Assembly: GCF_963921235.1 (NCBI RefSeq)
Contig: NC_086128.1
Span: 20,460,001 to 20,524,000 of the forward strand
Direction: 5' to 3'
Length of the DNA stretch: 64,000 nucleotides
Source of the DNA: Mobula hypostoma
Taxonomy: Eukaryota
This document shows, piece by piece, positions 10,513 to 25,900 of the stretch; position 1 is the first letter of the stretch, and every line of letters starts with the position of its first letter. The position numbers and the translations under genes are program-made. The notes under the pieces were generated by a model. The model saw nothing but the letters and a program-made list of their open reading frames with translations. It did not search any database and was not told the origin of the DNA.

Positions 10513-10900
10513 CTTCTCTCGCGAAGGGGCGGAGTTTGGCTTTTCTGGTGTGTTTTTCTCGCATCGACCTTCCCGCGCCTGACGGCTGACAGTCACGTGA
10601 CACGGGGCAGGCAAAGCTAATCGAGCAGGAGCCGGTGGCGTGAGTTGGTCTGTCAGCCTGTGTGTGCTGGGCTGCAGAGATGGCAAGTGAGTACGGCTAG
10701 GTTTGGAAAAGAGGGAGAAACGGTGCGCGCTAAAGGTTTCGTGGGGAAAAAGTGTGGGTTTGCCGATCTTAGTGGGCGGAGTTCCGGCAGAGATCGTTGC
10801 AAGGGCGCCGCGAGACGCCGCCGCGTGTGGAGCTGGAGGACTGTCAGTTTCCCTCCGCGGGTCCCGGCAAGTTTGTGGAGCTCGGGGGCGGTGTGTGCTC
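10513..10900 (+). promoter_or_regulatory. HAT1 CpG-rich promoter / exon 1 region
   Basis: High CpG density. CGCG-element-like TCTCGCGA 10517-10524, GC box GGGGCGGAGT 10526-10535, E2F-like TTCCCGCG 10570-10577, palindromic E-box GTCACGTGAC 10592-10601, all just upstream of ATG 10680. Confidence 0.8.
10680..10686 (+). CDS. HAT1: HAT1 coding exon 1 (ATG GCA A)
   Basis: ATG in a CpG-rich region followed by donor GTGAGT; phase 1 matches exon 2. Confidence 0.85.
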
Positions 10901-13900
10901 ACTGTTGAGATCACCACAGTTAGCCTCAGCTACCCAGTATACTAGGGATGCTGTTCTTTCGCTCTTGTTACTTGCGGTGCAGCATTTTAGAGTTTACTCC
11001 TCTCTATTTCTTTGCATTTATGTAGTTCATTTCCGGGCACCTTATGATCAAACATGTACTTCAGAGCTATGCTGTGGCCGTTTTACACAGCAAGATCCCA
11101 CTAACAAAGAATGTGTGATGAACTCTCTTTCAGTGAAGTTGATTGAGAGAAAAATATTTCCTCAAATGTCAGGAAAAGCTTCCCTTTGTTAAATCAAAAG
11201 ACGTAGATACAATAAGGTTGTGCTTCTGTTTGTTCATTTACGCCATTGGATCTAGAAAGTAGAAAATAGACAGATTAAGTAAGACCAACTAGTTCCGAGG
11301 CTTGCTGTGGTAAATGGATGCTTGTGTACTTCTCAGATTGGAAGATTATATATCTGACAGAGTGAGTGGCAATCTGATACAGTATCTGCGTAGAAGTGTT
11401 GACTTAAGCCCACCATATTATAACTTTGATAAGGTTGTTACCAACAGTATTTGAGATAATATAACTATTCGGAAATTATTGATTCACATTTGCAAACAAA
11501 AAGTTCAGGCAGTGAGCTTGCTCTTGTTTTTTAAAAAAAATTACTGAGCTGAGCCTAAGTTGATTTGCCATACTTGCCACCTCCGTTAACTATATACACG
11601 TTTAGATCAATTCAGAAGAAACTCCCAAATGTTCCAGCTGACCATGCAGTGATAATTGCAGCAACATGAGCTTGTAGTGATGCAGCAGGAAAGTTCAGCT
11701 TTGAGGTTCATATTTTGGTTATTGTTCGAACATAGAACAGTGCAGTACAATACAGGCCTTTCGGCCCACAATTTTGTGGCAAACTTTTTAGTTTACTCCA
11801 AGATCGATTTAATCCTTCCCTCCCACATAGCCTTCCATTTTTTTCATCCATAAAAGTTAATTCATATCTTGTCCATGTTAATTCTAGTTTATATTATTTA
11901 TATGGTGATTTAAGGCAAAGTTTCAGTTTCTGTAATTTTCTAAAGCTTTGTGTTTATAGGTAGAGTGGAGGAGAGGTACAAATCTTGCTTGTAAGTCATG
12001 ATCATGCACCTGATGATTTGAAGAAAGTCTTGGAAAGCAAAGGAAGACAAAGTACCAAGTTCTGTTCGGAGACGTTCTTGGATTCCAGGGGAGAAATTGC
12101 TAAAGCCCTTCATGATACTTAAGGGCTGCAATGAGAAAGAATGAGTGACAAAATAACTGGCCTGCATTATCCCCATTTTTAGAACAGGAAGAAGGTAACT
12201 GCAGTTAGCATCTGTGATACAAAATATTTTCTTGGGATGAATTACTATATAGTTAGGTGAAGAGAAAGTAGAAGTAATCACATTTTCAAGAGGGATAATT
12301 GTGTTTAACAAACTTCAGAATTTCTTACAGGTGATGTGGAGATGTTTAAAGTAAATTTATTATCAAAGTACATATATGTCACCATATAATACCCTGAGAT
12401 TCATTTTCTTAGCGTACACAATAAATCCAGAATAGAATCATAACCATAATGTAATCAATGAAAGACTGCACCAACTTGGGTGTGTAACCAGTCTCCATCA
12501 ATATACAAAAGCTTTTGGAGGAGGGTATTTTTAGTAAAGATTAAAAGGCGTAGAATTCAAGAGTGACCAACAAACTGAATTTAAAAAGAAAAGTTAATAG
12601 AAGGACGAGTAGCAATTAAGGAGAATCTTTCAGTGGTTGAAACAGGGAGTGGCACAATATAAGGTTCAAGTTGGTGGCCTCTTTACTGTATATCAATTTT
12701 TTGAATATAGGCCTATAAGTAACAATGCTGTATTAAGGATATTGATGAAAAGAGACAGATGTAAATAAGTGAGTTAACGCATTTTGGATTTTTTTCTTTC
12801 AGTGGATGTACTCTAATTGGAAGTGGGTTTAGAGTTGTGGAAGAGGAAAGATTTTGAGTAAGTGGAGAAACCAGATCACAGAAGGCAACATTTTGGGTTG
12901 ATAAGATAGTGTTTATTTAATTAAGAGGAGACAAATGGAAAGGTAATAAAAAAATAGGAGGAAGAGGCCATTCTGCTCCTCGTACCTGCTCCATTGTAGT
13001 TAATCTAACTGTCCTCCAGTCCATTTTCCTCACCACTTCATAATTCTTGATTTCCCTTAAAGATTGAAATTCTGTCTTGGCTTTGAATATACATCAGGAT
13101 TTGGTTTCCACAGCTTTCTGGGGCAATGAATTCCAAATACTCTCAATCATTTGAAGAGAAATTCTTCCTTTCATCTCAGTCTTACTTTTGTTCTGTGACT
13201 TAGCCCTCTGGTTCTAGACTCTCCTGCAAGGGAAATTATCTTCCCAGCATTTACCCTGTCAAGCTCCCCAAGAATCTTGTGTTATTAATGGGGTCACCTC
13301 TCATTGTTATAAACTCCAGTGAGTACAGGCCTAAACTGCTCGACTTTTCTCAAAAGACAGTAAAGAAACCCTGGTGAACCTTTTCCAAGCTCTCTCCTAA
13401 TTTAATGTATCTTTCCTTAATAAAGAGACCAAAACTAGTACTCTAGATGTGGCCTCACTGGTGGGGTGAAAGGCAGGAGAGATTGAGTGATGGAAGAGAT
13501 GAAAGTGCAAGTCATAAGGAGTTGGTACCGACAAGGGATGAAACGAATGGGTCAAGGGAAGGTGCAAATGCATACAGCAGACTTCAATCTGAAAGCTGAA
13601 GTATTATGTGAAGTCTAGGGAATGAGGGTTGTATGTAATATTGGCCAAACTCTGGCTGGCTGCTGTTTGAAGATCTGGAAAGGTGGAAATGCTTCTTTGA
13701 AAATCTCTATTCTCTACTTTTTTTACTTGCTGATGGTGTGCTGCTGCCATGAAATGTGGATGAAGATATGGTAATAAATTGTGAATTATCACCTAGCAAC
13801 ATTGGTAATTATTGTTAAAAGTCAGATGTTGTCTGCCTCAGAGTAGAGTGTGGAAATGGTGGTGTTCCCATGCGGATATTGATAGTGGGGGGGGGGGGGG

Positions 13901-16900
13901 TCAAGGCGTCCATAGTGCCTTTGAATGATGAGAGAGTGTCCTTAGACTCCCTCTTGTTGTAAAAGTTTATTATATAGCACGGATGCTTCTTGTCACTTCT
14001 CAGATCAGGTCAGAATATTGTTCAGACCTTGCTGCATTTAGATACTCTCTGTTTGTTGCCCCGGGCTGTTCTGTGATATCACAAAGTGTATCAAATTGGT
14101 TGAAAGTTAGATTTTGTGATTATGAAGATCTCAGAAGGCTGGGATGGATCATTCTCTCAACTCTTCTGGTTGAAGATGGTTGCAAGTACTTCAGGCTTTT
14201 GCACTTGTGTGTTGGACTGCTGTGCTATTGAGTATGAGAATATCATCTCCTAAGAAGTTAATTAAATGTTGTCCCCCATTCATGACTGGAGTGTCAAGAT
14301 TGCAGATCTTTGACCTGATCAGTTGACTGCAGAGTTGCTTTGTTCTGTATATTGCTTGTTGCTTCCCTGTTTAGAATAAAAAGGTGTTGAACTCTGTTTT
14401 CCTTTTTTCCTTCTTTCCTTCTCTCTCCTCGGTCCTTCTTCCCATTCTTGGATTCCACAAACCCTGGTCCATGCAAATCTCTAGACCACACTGTCAATAA
14501 TTCCCCCTCTTTTAAGTCTTGAACTTCCTTCCCCATCGTCATTAGATCCCAGTGAATCCAGGACTGCTTTTGTTTTGTGAACTGCTTGAAACCTCCATTC
14601 AATTTCTGAAAACCTACCTCCAAATACCAGTAGATAATGGACCCCACTTGGTGCTTTGAAAAGGCAGGACCATGACTAATGATGATATCACTGCCTTATA
14701 AAAACACTTCTGTTCTTATTAAAGCTTATTAAACATATTCTGTTCTTATTAAACATATGGGTTTCTGTGTATAAAATGTTCTGGCAGGACAGTTTCCTCC
14801 TTATTGAATTACTTCAATATATATATCACATTTACTTTTTTCATCTGGCTTTATATTTACAGATATTTTGAACCTCGAGAAGAAGTTGGCAGAATACAAA
14901 TGTGATACCAACAAGGCTATTCGGCTGAAGTTAGGTATGTGCTTCAAAAACATTGTTATCTAGCGATTTGCATGCTGCCACCATTGGTGGAGGCAAGGCA
15001 AATGCAAAGGGAAACACTACTGAAAACAGAAATGACAAAAACACTCATCAAATCGGGCAGCATCTGTGGTAAAAGAAATGGAGTTAATAAATGAAAATGC
15101 TTAATATTTCCAGCATCTTTTTTAAAATTTCAGATATAGACCATCTGCAGTTCTTGATTTTTTTTTCCCCATTCATTGAGGAATTCTGTTGACTTCAACA
15201 GCCTTGGGCAAATTGGTAATAGAATTGGGTGGGGTGAGGAGGTGAATGGTGATGTAGTGCTAATTCATTTATGGTGGTATGTGCGGCAATCCTTGTTGCT
15301 ATGGGCATATAGTAGTTCTTAACAGGTCCTGAGATCTAATTTATTTTAACCTATTGAATTGCTAATGTAACTATCAAGCAGTAATCAATTTGAGTTGATC
15401 TGTCTTCCTCCAAAACAGAAATGTGTGTTTTTTTTTTCTTTGTTAACAGTTCGATTTGCTGAAGACCTGGAGGATGAGACAACAAGCTTCAGTCCGTTAT
15501 TCAGTCACCAAGTGTTCGGAGATGAGTATGTTCCATGGGTTAATTCAATGACACTGAATCCGTCAAGCAGGGTTTCTATATCAAATGTACAAGATGTTGC
15601 AAGATATGTCTGCTTTCAAGCTGTGACCAGATCTGGCTGATCTTGGTTGTTTTGTTCTCTTTCTGGCATTGGTCAGACTGCTCTTGGAGTAACGTGAGCA
15701 GTTTTGGGCCCTTTATCTGATAAATATGTGATGGCATTGGAGAGGGTCCAGAGGTAGTTCACAAAAATGATCCCAGGAATGAAGGGGTTAACATAATGAG
15801 TGTTTGATGGCTCTAGGCTTGTACTTGCTGCAGTTTTGAAGAATGGGAGGGGGATCTCATTGAAACCCGTCAAATACTGAAAGGCCTAGATAGAGTAGAG
15901 TAGTAGCACAGCCTCAATAGAAGGACGTTCCTTTAAAACAGAGATGAGGAGGAATTTCTTTAGCCTGAGGGTGGTGAATCTATAGAATTCATTGCCACAG
16001 GCAACAGTAGAGGCCAAGTCGTTGTGTATATTTAAAGCAGAATTTGAAAGGTTCTAGATTAGTATGGGAGAATGGGGTTGAGAGGGATAATAAATCAGCT
16101 ATGATGGTGGAGCAGGCTCGATGGGCTGAATGGCCTAATTTTGCTCCTCTGTCTTGTGGTCGTATGATGTCAGCTGCTGATTGGTTGACAGTGCTCTTGG
16201 TCTCTACAGCCTTCAGATTTTGTGCAGTACAGCAATAATTATGCATTCAAACTGCTTTGTAACATCCTACAGTCACGATGGGTGTTGCACAGTTGCAGTT
16301 TTAACTTTCTCTATCATACTTGTACCTAACCACTGATCCCATTAGTGAATAGTTTATAGCTGTACAATTGACATTGGTTTTTAAATAGGTCAGCATTGAT
16401 TTCATGATTTAGAGTCATAGATTTAAAGACTTGAGTGTTTGAAAGGAGTTTCGATTTATGGAGCTGTTCATTTAAATTAGGTGGAATAAGTGTCCCGCTA
16501 GAAAAAAGAATACCAGGCTTTTAGATGGGCTTTAAACAGCAAAACGTGTTGGGAGGAGTTGAGAAAGTTACAAAGATCAGATGAGGTAATAATGCGATCC
16601 AACTACGTGGATGATTGTAACCAAAGTTTGACACGAAGTGTCAGTATGTAGAGGTTATACCACAGCAGTAAATAAGATCAAAGTAGGAAAAGGAAGCAGG
16701 TTGCTAATCTCAGAGTAGAGCATCCTCTGAGAAAGAATGATCATGATGTGATTAAAATGATACATTCTGACAGAAATTAACAAATTTAAGTCCATAACTA
16801 ATCTTAAATATAGAGAAAGACCATTACATGAGCACAAGGTGCAAATTGACTAGATTGGAAAATTATATTGAGAATTCACAATAGATGAGCAGTGATAGAC

Positions 16901-19900
16901 CTTCAAGAAATATTTCAAATTTTCCAACTAATGTACAATTGAAAGACACACATGTGAGAAATGGACCCCTTGTGGGGAGAAAATGGCTAAATAAAGCTAA
17001 AATGGTAATGGATTTCAGTGTTTTAATTTCTTTTTGAAAGAATAATGGTAGGCCTGAAGTAGGAGGGAAAAGATGAGCTTAAAGTATTGATATGAATGCA
17101 AATCATCAATTGAATAAAAACAAATTATGAAATTTTTTTCCAAGTATGCAAGGAAGAGAGCAACATATTGGTCGTTTTGAAACTGGTTAATAATGGGAAT
17201 AACAAAATGGTAGAGCCATTAATATATTTTGTAGGTCTTCAGAATAGAAGGCACTGAAAGCATACAAAAAGGAAATGAGGAATTCAAAGCAATTTGTATT
17301 GCGAGAGTATTAGGCAAATTATTCCCAAATCCATTTTCTTTATGAAACTTCTATACTTTTGAAAACCTTAATTGCATTTGATCTTTTCTGTTTCATTGAG
17401 AAACAGACTAATGTTTTGTTTTGTCCTTTGTTCCAACTTTATAGCTTACCTCTTGGTATTGTAACTGAACTATTATGGTGCCCTTTTCCTTGACTTTCTA
17501 ACCTTTTATATGTAGGATTGCACATGCTGCTCTTACTAATGTTGATCAAAAGTGGAAAATTGGCAAGGTTATCAGATGGGTGCTGAATTCGATTAAACTT
17601 TGATGTGGTATATTTGCCAACCATCTGAGTAAGCATAGCTCTTCAACTTCAAATCTGCAGAGGCACGGCCTGTGCAGTAATGGAGCATTCCTCCATTACT
17701 GCACTGAATGCCATCCTGGAATATGGGCTGCATCCTGAGATAAGTCTTCAACTCATAACTTTATGAACGTGATAGTGCTACCAGTTGAATCAAGCTGTCA
17801 TTATTTCTGTCTGATACCCTGTTTTTATTGCCTCCTTTTAATAATGCAAAGCACTATCTTTTCAAGTTCTTGTTTATTTAGAGATGCAGTGTGCAACAGG
17901 CCCTTTTGGCCTTTCGAGCTGTGCCGCCCAACAACACACTAATTTAATCCTAGCCTAACTGTGGGACGATTTACAATAACCAATTAGCCTACTAACCAGT
18001 GTGTCTTTGGATTGTGGGAGGAAACCAGAGCACTTGTAGGAAACCCACGTGCACATAGGAACATACAAGCTTGCATACAGAGGATGCCAGAATTGAACTC
18101 CAACGCGCCAAGCTGTAATGGCGTCATGCTAACAGCTATGCTACCATGGCACCCCAGTTCAATGTAACTATTGTAACTCAATCCATCTGACCCTCAGGAT
18201 TGGTCTTGTACCTATTCTCTTTGACCAATACACATGGTTATAGTAAGACCTCTGTATTGTGGAATTCAATCATGGCTCCTGATTTGTGTTCTAGAATAGC
18301 TCTGCATTGTGTACGGACCTCTGGCATAGTTATATTGTGTGGCACAGAGCATTAAATGACAGCTTCCTAATTGAAAATTTCAGTCATCACATCCCATGCA
18401 AAGTGTTTGCCATTTTCTGACTTTCATGTACAATTAATATAGATGCTTTGAGACTCAAATCAGCAAGTTTTGCTCTACTTCAAAAATTTGGCACTATATA
18501 AATGGTTGCATTCTAATACCATTGCTATTGCCCTGTTTTCAGAACTGTTGAACGACTGAAAAACCTGCATTGCCTAATTTGAAGAGGTGATCATATTAAT
18601 GGAACCTCTTTTAGTGCAAGTGTTTCCAAACTACAACTTGCATCCCAATTGTATTAAGATGGTTTTAGCAGCATTTGCACGGCCATTTTCTACAGTCGCA
18701 AGCGCAGCTTTTCATTCTGCTGAAAAATCCCTGCACAGATTAGCCAGCCATAATCACATTGCTGTTTTAAGAGCTTGCTGTGCGCAAATAGATGGCTACA
18801 TTTCCTATGTTACAACAGTGACTGAAGTTCAAAAATATTTCACTGGTTGTAGAGCACTTTGAAAGATTTTGCAATTATGAATGGCGCTTTTTTTAACAAT
18901 GCAAATTTTATTTTTCGACAGAGCAGTAATTGCAAAAGTACACCACTGAGCTGTATTGGCAGGCTGAGAGTTCAAACTCAATGGCAATACTTTTGCAATA
19001 AAAAAACAGCGTAAGACTGGATATTTCCAAGTATTGTGCTCATTTGAGATTTATAAATGAGCCTGGATTAAAATAAAGAGAAACCTAACCTGCAGATTCT
19101 CTACCAACATGTGGTTATTTCTGCTTTGCCTGCAGAGAATCAGTATTTGGCTACAAGGACCTTGAAATCCAATTGTACTACACTACCTGCAGCCTCACTA
19201 CATTCTTCAATATCAAATACTCCAGCAAAGTTGTAGAAAAATATGACAACGTAGAGGTAGGCTATTGAAATGTATCGGTTGCTTCTCTTCACTAGGTTAT
19301 GCACTCCCATCATGATACTGCGGTATCTCCTGCAAGCATTAATGTAATGCATTAGTTCAGTGAATTTGCATTGATTTATCTTGTGACAGCATTACTGACT
19401 GTAGTCTGACTCATTGCCCTTAACTAAGGAAGACATATTTTGCCAGAGTTCCTGCTCCAGATTATTGTCAGGTGACGATTGTCAAATACTTTTCTTTACT
19501 TGCTAAGTCTCACCTCTCCCGTGTTTGGATTTTCCACTGGTCCTCTGTGGGTTCACACAATAGGAGCAGCCAATCAAGAGAGTATTTTATTGGAGGGCTG
19601 CAGATACCTCTGGTGCTGCACCAGCACAGGAGTTATCACTTCTAAGAAAGACAGGAGAAAGATTTCCAAATCGTGACTTCACAGTTTGGAATCGAGGTAA
19701 ACCAAAAATAAGACCACGTGTGCTTGATGTGATTGTGACATTGGCTTGTGTGCATATAGAAACGTTTTCAGAGAGAGCCATGTCATTGATTAAATTATTT
19801 TCACTGATGTAATAAAATTTTTTGCCTTTGATAATCCCAAAGGTCTTTTAGGTCACTAGAAAAAAATCCCTTGAATCTTGGAGAGTAGGGGAAATGCAAT

Positions 19901-22900
19901 TACGCAATTGTTGCTGAAAAGCAAAAGCATCCCTTCCGCAGGAACTGAACATAAGCAAGCACTTGTATCTATGTTCCTGTTGACTTCAATAAATTGAGAT
20001 ATGACAGTATTGCTAAGGAGATTATTTAATGTATGGGATGAACAGTGATTAGAAGCCTGTCACTCAGCTGTCATAATTTCTGCGTTTTGAGTTATGAGAT
20101 CAATAAGAATACTTGGTTGTAGAAAAATGCAGCACAGAAACAGACCCTTCAGCCCATTTAGTCCACGACAAACCATTTAAACTGCCAAGCCCCATTGACC
20201 TGCACAGGGACCTTAGCCTTTCATACACCTCCTATCCATGTACCTATCCAAATTTCTCTTAAACGTTGAAATCGCGCTTGCATGCTCCACTTGCACTGGC
20301 AGCTGAATCCACACTCTCACGACCTTCTGAGTGAAGAAGTTTTCCTGTAAACATATCATCTTTCACACTTTACCCATGACCTTTAATTGTAGTCTCACGC
20401 AACCTCAGTGGAAAAAGCCTGCTTGCATTTACCCCATCTATACCCCTCATAATTTTGTATACTTCTATCACGTTCCAAGGAATAAAGTCCTAACCTATTC
20501 AACTTTCTTCTAGTCCCAGCCACATCCTTGTAAATTTTCAATGTGCTCTTTCAACATTATTTACATCTTTCCTGTAGGTAGATCAAAACTGCACACAATA
20601 CTCCAAATGGGCCTTATCGGCATCTTATACAACTTCAAAATAACGTCCCATCTCCTGTACTGAATACTTTGATTTTTGAAGGCCAATGTGCCAAAAGTGT
20701 TCCTAATGACCTTATCTACCTGTGCTCCCACTTTCAATGAATTATGGACCTATATTCCCAGATCCCTTTGTTCTACCACAGTCTTCAGTGCCCTACCATT
20801 CACTGTGTAAGACCTACCCTGGTTGGTTCTACTGAATTGTAACATCTCACACTTGTCCGAATTAAATTCCATCTACTATTTTTCCAGCTGGTCTGGATCA
20901 TGCTGCAAGCTCTGATAGTCTTCCTCGCTGACCACAACACCCTCAACCTGGGTGTTATCTGTAAATTTGCTGATCCAGTTTACCACATTATCATCCAGAT
21001 CATTGATATAGATGACAAATAACAATGGACCCAGCACTGATCCCTGTGGCACTCCGCTAGTCAGAGGCCTCCAGTCAGAGAGGCAACCCTCTACTACCAC
21101 TCTCTGGCTTCTCCTACAAAGCCAATGTCCAATCCAATTTACTAACTCATCCTGAATGCCAAGCAACTGAACCTTCGCAACCACCCCCTACAGTATGTGG
21201 GAACTTGTCAAATGCCTTGCTAAAGTCTTATGTAGACAACATCCACTGCCTTGCCTTCATCAACTTTCCTGGTAACTTCCTTGGAAAACTCTATAAGATT
21301 GGTTAGACATGAGCTGCCACACTATCCTTAATCAGTCCATGTCTATCTAAATACTCATGTATCTGATCCCTTAGAATACCTTCCAGTCGTCTTCCCACAA
21401 CTGATGTTTTGCAGAAAGAGAGAAAATAAAGAAATAAAAACTGCTTCCTTTGTGCATGAAGTCTTGTAGTTTATTTTAAACAATTTGTTCCTATCTAGGT
21501 TGATAATGTTGAAAGTAAAATGTTAGAATTTATCCCACCTGGTTACTGCAGCAATCTTGATGAGTTTATTGTGCAACTGGAAAAGGATGCCTCCTTCAGA
21601 CCATTTGGATTACTTATTCACTCATACACCATGTATGATGAGAAAGAAGGAATGGAGTTAAACTATGAGATTTACAAGGTGAGTGAATAAATATAATGAT
21701 ATAGATTTTTTATGGCTATAATGAAGCCTGAGTGATTCTTTGCGTATTTGAACATTTAGTACTAGCATGTCTGGATTGTCTCTAAACTGAAAATGAATAC
21801 TGGCCTTTACTTTTCTGTTTTTGTTTTATTGAGAAGTTGAGTTTGCATGTATTTCTCTGCAATAATTTCTGGTATCAGTTTCTCTTCCCTTTATAGTAGT
21901 GGAGCTTACTGACACTGACATCCTCCGATGTCTGTGTAGTGACACTTCCATGGATTGAGTATGGATGAAAGTATCCGCAACACCTCTGCTGAAGCAGGGG
22001 TGGAGTTAATATTATTGAAAATAGGTGGCTTTAGTAATGACATAAAAACATGGTCTGTAGATAACCTCTGGCTTAACTATAACACCAATGTGGAAAACAG
22101 TCTGGTTTGATTTCAGGAATTAGCCCGGGAGTAGATGGAGGTTGTGCCTTTGCTCTTCTGCTATCTAATTGGAGGAAAAACATGATCTCCAGCTAATTAT
22201 TGGATAGGGAGAAACCAATGTCTTTGACCATTACCCTAAGTTTCATTTAGCTAACCAATTTCCATCATAAGATTCCCCCATGTCGTACTCTGCCTCAGTC
22301 TACTACTGCTGGTGGCAGTGTTCCCATGCCCTTGCTGTGCTTGTCCTTCCTGGTGGCAAAGGTTGTGGTTTTGGAGGGTGCTATCGCCATAGGCTAGGCG
22401 AGCAACTGCAGTGCATTTTGTAGATGGTACACACTGCAGACAGTGCAGAGGAGGTGCTCATTAGGCAAGTTTAGAGTTTTCACCTTACCTTGGGCCATGT
22501 AGATGTTGGAAAGGCCTTGGAGCAACTGGAGATAAGTCACTCGCTGCAGAACACTTGAGTCTCTGAACTGCTCTATTTTTATGTGTTTGGTCCAGTTGTG
22601 TTTCTGGTCCGTGGTAACCTCAGGGCATTGGTGGTGATAACGTCATTGAATGTTAGTTTAGGAAGTAGATTTTCTCTCATTGGAAATGAGCATTGCTCAG
22701 CACTTTCATGCCATGAATATTACTCTTCAGGCTACAGCTCCAATGCCTTATTTAAGATTGCTGGTGACATCATATTATTGGCCATATTAAAGGTGGTGAC
22801 AAATTAGCATATAGGAGGGAGATTGGAAGTCTGGCTAAGTGTGCTGTAACAACAACCTCTTAATGTCAGCAAAACCAAACAGCTGATTATTGACAACAGA

Positions 22901-25900
22901 AAGAGGAAACCAGAGGTCCATGAGCCAGTCCTCGTTAGGGGATCAGAGTTGGAGAGGGTCAGCACCTTTAAATTCCTCAGCGTTATCATTTCAGATGATC
23001 TGTCCTGGGTCCAGCATGTAAGTGCCATTACAGAGAAGGTACGGCATCAAGGAGATATCATAAAACTGAGTGTGTTGCATCACGGTCTGGTATGGAAGCA
23101 CCAATGTCCTTGAATGGAAAAGCCTACAAAAAGTAGTGGATACAGTCCAGTCCATTATAAAGCCCTCCCCAACTTTGAGCACATCTGCAAGGAGCGCTGT
23201 TGCAGGAAAGGACCTCCACTATCCAGGCCATGCTCTTTTCACTGCTGCCATCAGGAGTGAGGTACAGGGGCCTCTGGACCTGCACCACCAGCTTCAGGAA
23301 CAGTTATTACTCCTCAATCATCAGGCTCTTGAACCAAAGACTCACTTTCAAGGACTCTACACTCATGTGCTCAATATTTATTACTTATTTATTGTTATTA
23401 TATTTCTCTTTTTTACATTTGCACAATTTGTGGGTTTTTTTTGCTTATTGGTTGTCCATCTGTGTGTGCAGTTTTTCATTGTTTCTTTGTATTTACTGTG
23501 AATACCTGCAGGAAAATGAATCTTGGGGTAATATATTGTGACATATGTGTACTTTGATAATAAATTTACTTTGAACTTAACAGCTCATGCCTCAATATTG
23601 TCTAGGTTTTCCTGTTTGCACTTATGGGCTGCTTCATCTGCTGAGGAGTGTCAGGGAATTGAACATTCTGCAATTATCAACAAACATCCCACTTCTGCCC
23701 TTATGACAGAAGGAAGTCGGTGCTGAAGCATCTAATGGTGGTAGCACCCAGGTCACAGCTGGGATTGTTGACCTCCATCAACACAACCACCTCTCTTTGT
23801 GCAAGGAACGACTCCAACTGTTTAAGTGTATTTTTTCTTTGCATATTGATTTCAGTTTTACGACATCTCCTTGATGTAACACTCAATTAAATGCTGCTTA
23901 GTCGTCAAGTGCATTCATTCTCACCTTGTGACTGGAATACAGCTGTGGTCCACGATTTTTGAACTAGGGTTGAGATGAAATTGAAAGAAAATGGTCCTAT
24001 TGAAGAGCAGGTTATTGGTGAATGAGTATAAATTGATAGCATTGTTTGCAACATCACCTTCTATATCACTGTGATTGACAGTAGACTGATTGGATAGTAA
24101 TTAGCCAGATTGGATGTGTCCTTTTGTAAACCAAGCACACTGAATGCTTTCCACACGGGTAGATGCCCATTTTGTAACTGTACTAGAACATTTTGACTTG
24201 AGCTGTAGCTAGTTCTACATCTTGTTTGTTTTCAGGAAGTTTGGACCCATATAGTCTTGAAGTGCTCTCAGCTGTTTCTTTATAGTATGTGAAGTGAATT
24301 GAACTGGCTTCTGTGATGGTGGGGTTGGTAGGAGGAAGCCAAGGCAAATAATCTACTGGGCACATCTGGGTGACTGTGGTTGCAAATGCTTTAGCCTTTT
24401 CATCAGCACACATAGGCTGTGCACTTCTGTTTGTTGGAGCATACCCAACTGCAGTTAGCTGCTTAACTGCCCTCTACTGTTCAAGTCAGGATACAGCAGT
24501 AGAGCTGTTTTGTTGGTTGAGGATTCTCTCCGTTGTCTATTATATGTTCCTTCTATAGCTTAGTTTTCACATTGTTCTTTGTAATAACTTCAGATTAGCA
24601 GTTTATTTCCAGGTGCATGTTTTGATACTCTTGCAATACTCTTTTACACTCTTATTGAACCAGGGTTGGTCCTCTGGCCTAATGATAATGATAGACCAAG
24701 AGATATATAGAACATTACATCATAGTTCATAATATTGTGCCAACCTTTTAACCTGCTCAAAGATCAATCCAACCCTTCCCTCCGAAAAAACTCTCCATTC
24801 AAGCCAGAAAGTTGTATTGTAGTTAGGCATAGGCCTGCTCCCCACAGTGCCACTCAGTTTTAAGTTCTGTGGTCTCTGATTTAGCTGGATGTAATACCAC
24901 AGAGCACAAAAGGAGTGTTTCCTTTATGTGAATGTGAGCCTTGATGCCTGCAAAGTTAGGTGCAGTGGTTACTCTTCTCATTTCTGTCATGCTCCCAGCC
25001 ATATTTGCCATTGTGTTATCTTTGGTGGGTCTGTCCTGCCTGTGGGACAAGATGCATCTAAAGGTGCTGATGGGCTAGTCTATATGGGTATGATTCAATA
25101 GATTGCTGAGTTACCAGAAATAAGTGGTTCAGAATTAGGAGATCATAGACTGAAGTTCTATTCCAAAAGTTTGATGATAGAATTGAAGCTTCTCTTCCTG
25201 TGCAATTCTGAATGTCATTGCAGTAAATTATCAGGGCATTGTGTTGTAATTGTTTGCTTTGCTTGCTTGCTTTGCATAGACTAGCTGATGCATTTCCTTG
25301 CATTGCAACAGTAGGTATGCTGCAGGAATATGTAAAAATTAGTGTTCTTTGGGGACCTCAAGAGATGGGGAAAAAAAGCACAAGAAATGTAAGCTGCTTA
25401 ATTTACTCAAGGCTCTCTTGCTTATTCAGCCTATAATACTACTCTCTCTTAATTCTTCCACCTGACCTAAGATGTTGGTGAGGAGATTGAAGCATTGTGT
25501 CACGTTGAAATTGAACATTTTGATCGCTGCTAAGTATTATGCCTTGTTTTATCTTTCTCCTATCTATTGGTATGGTAAAGTGAACACCCCCCACCTTAGG
25601 GAGCAGTAAGTGTCTTGGTCCATCATTGGGATCACAATAGGACAACTTGAGCAAGGTAATTGGGTTATCTTTTCTAAGAGCACATTAACAAGATGTGTTT
25701 TTATAACAATGCAGTGGCTTCATTGTTATCCTCTAGTATTAGATTTTTATTTTCAGATTTTGTTCTCCAAAACTGCTTTTGGATTGCCTTTGTAATTTTC
25801 AGATCTCATATTCTTTGGGTCGCTGAATTGACCCAAAGTTCAGTTTTGTGACCTCTGCATTTCCTGGGGGAGATATATGGTCATGGATGGAAGATATGGC

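Noticed and set aside
10462-11192. Several overlapping ORFs across the HAT1 promoter
   Set aside because: Expected from stop-codon scarcity in GC-rich DNA; only the 7-nt coding exon splices in frame to exon 2
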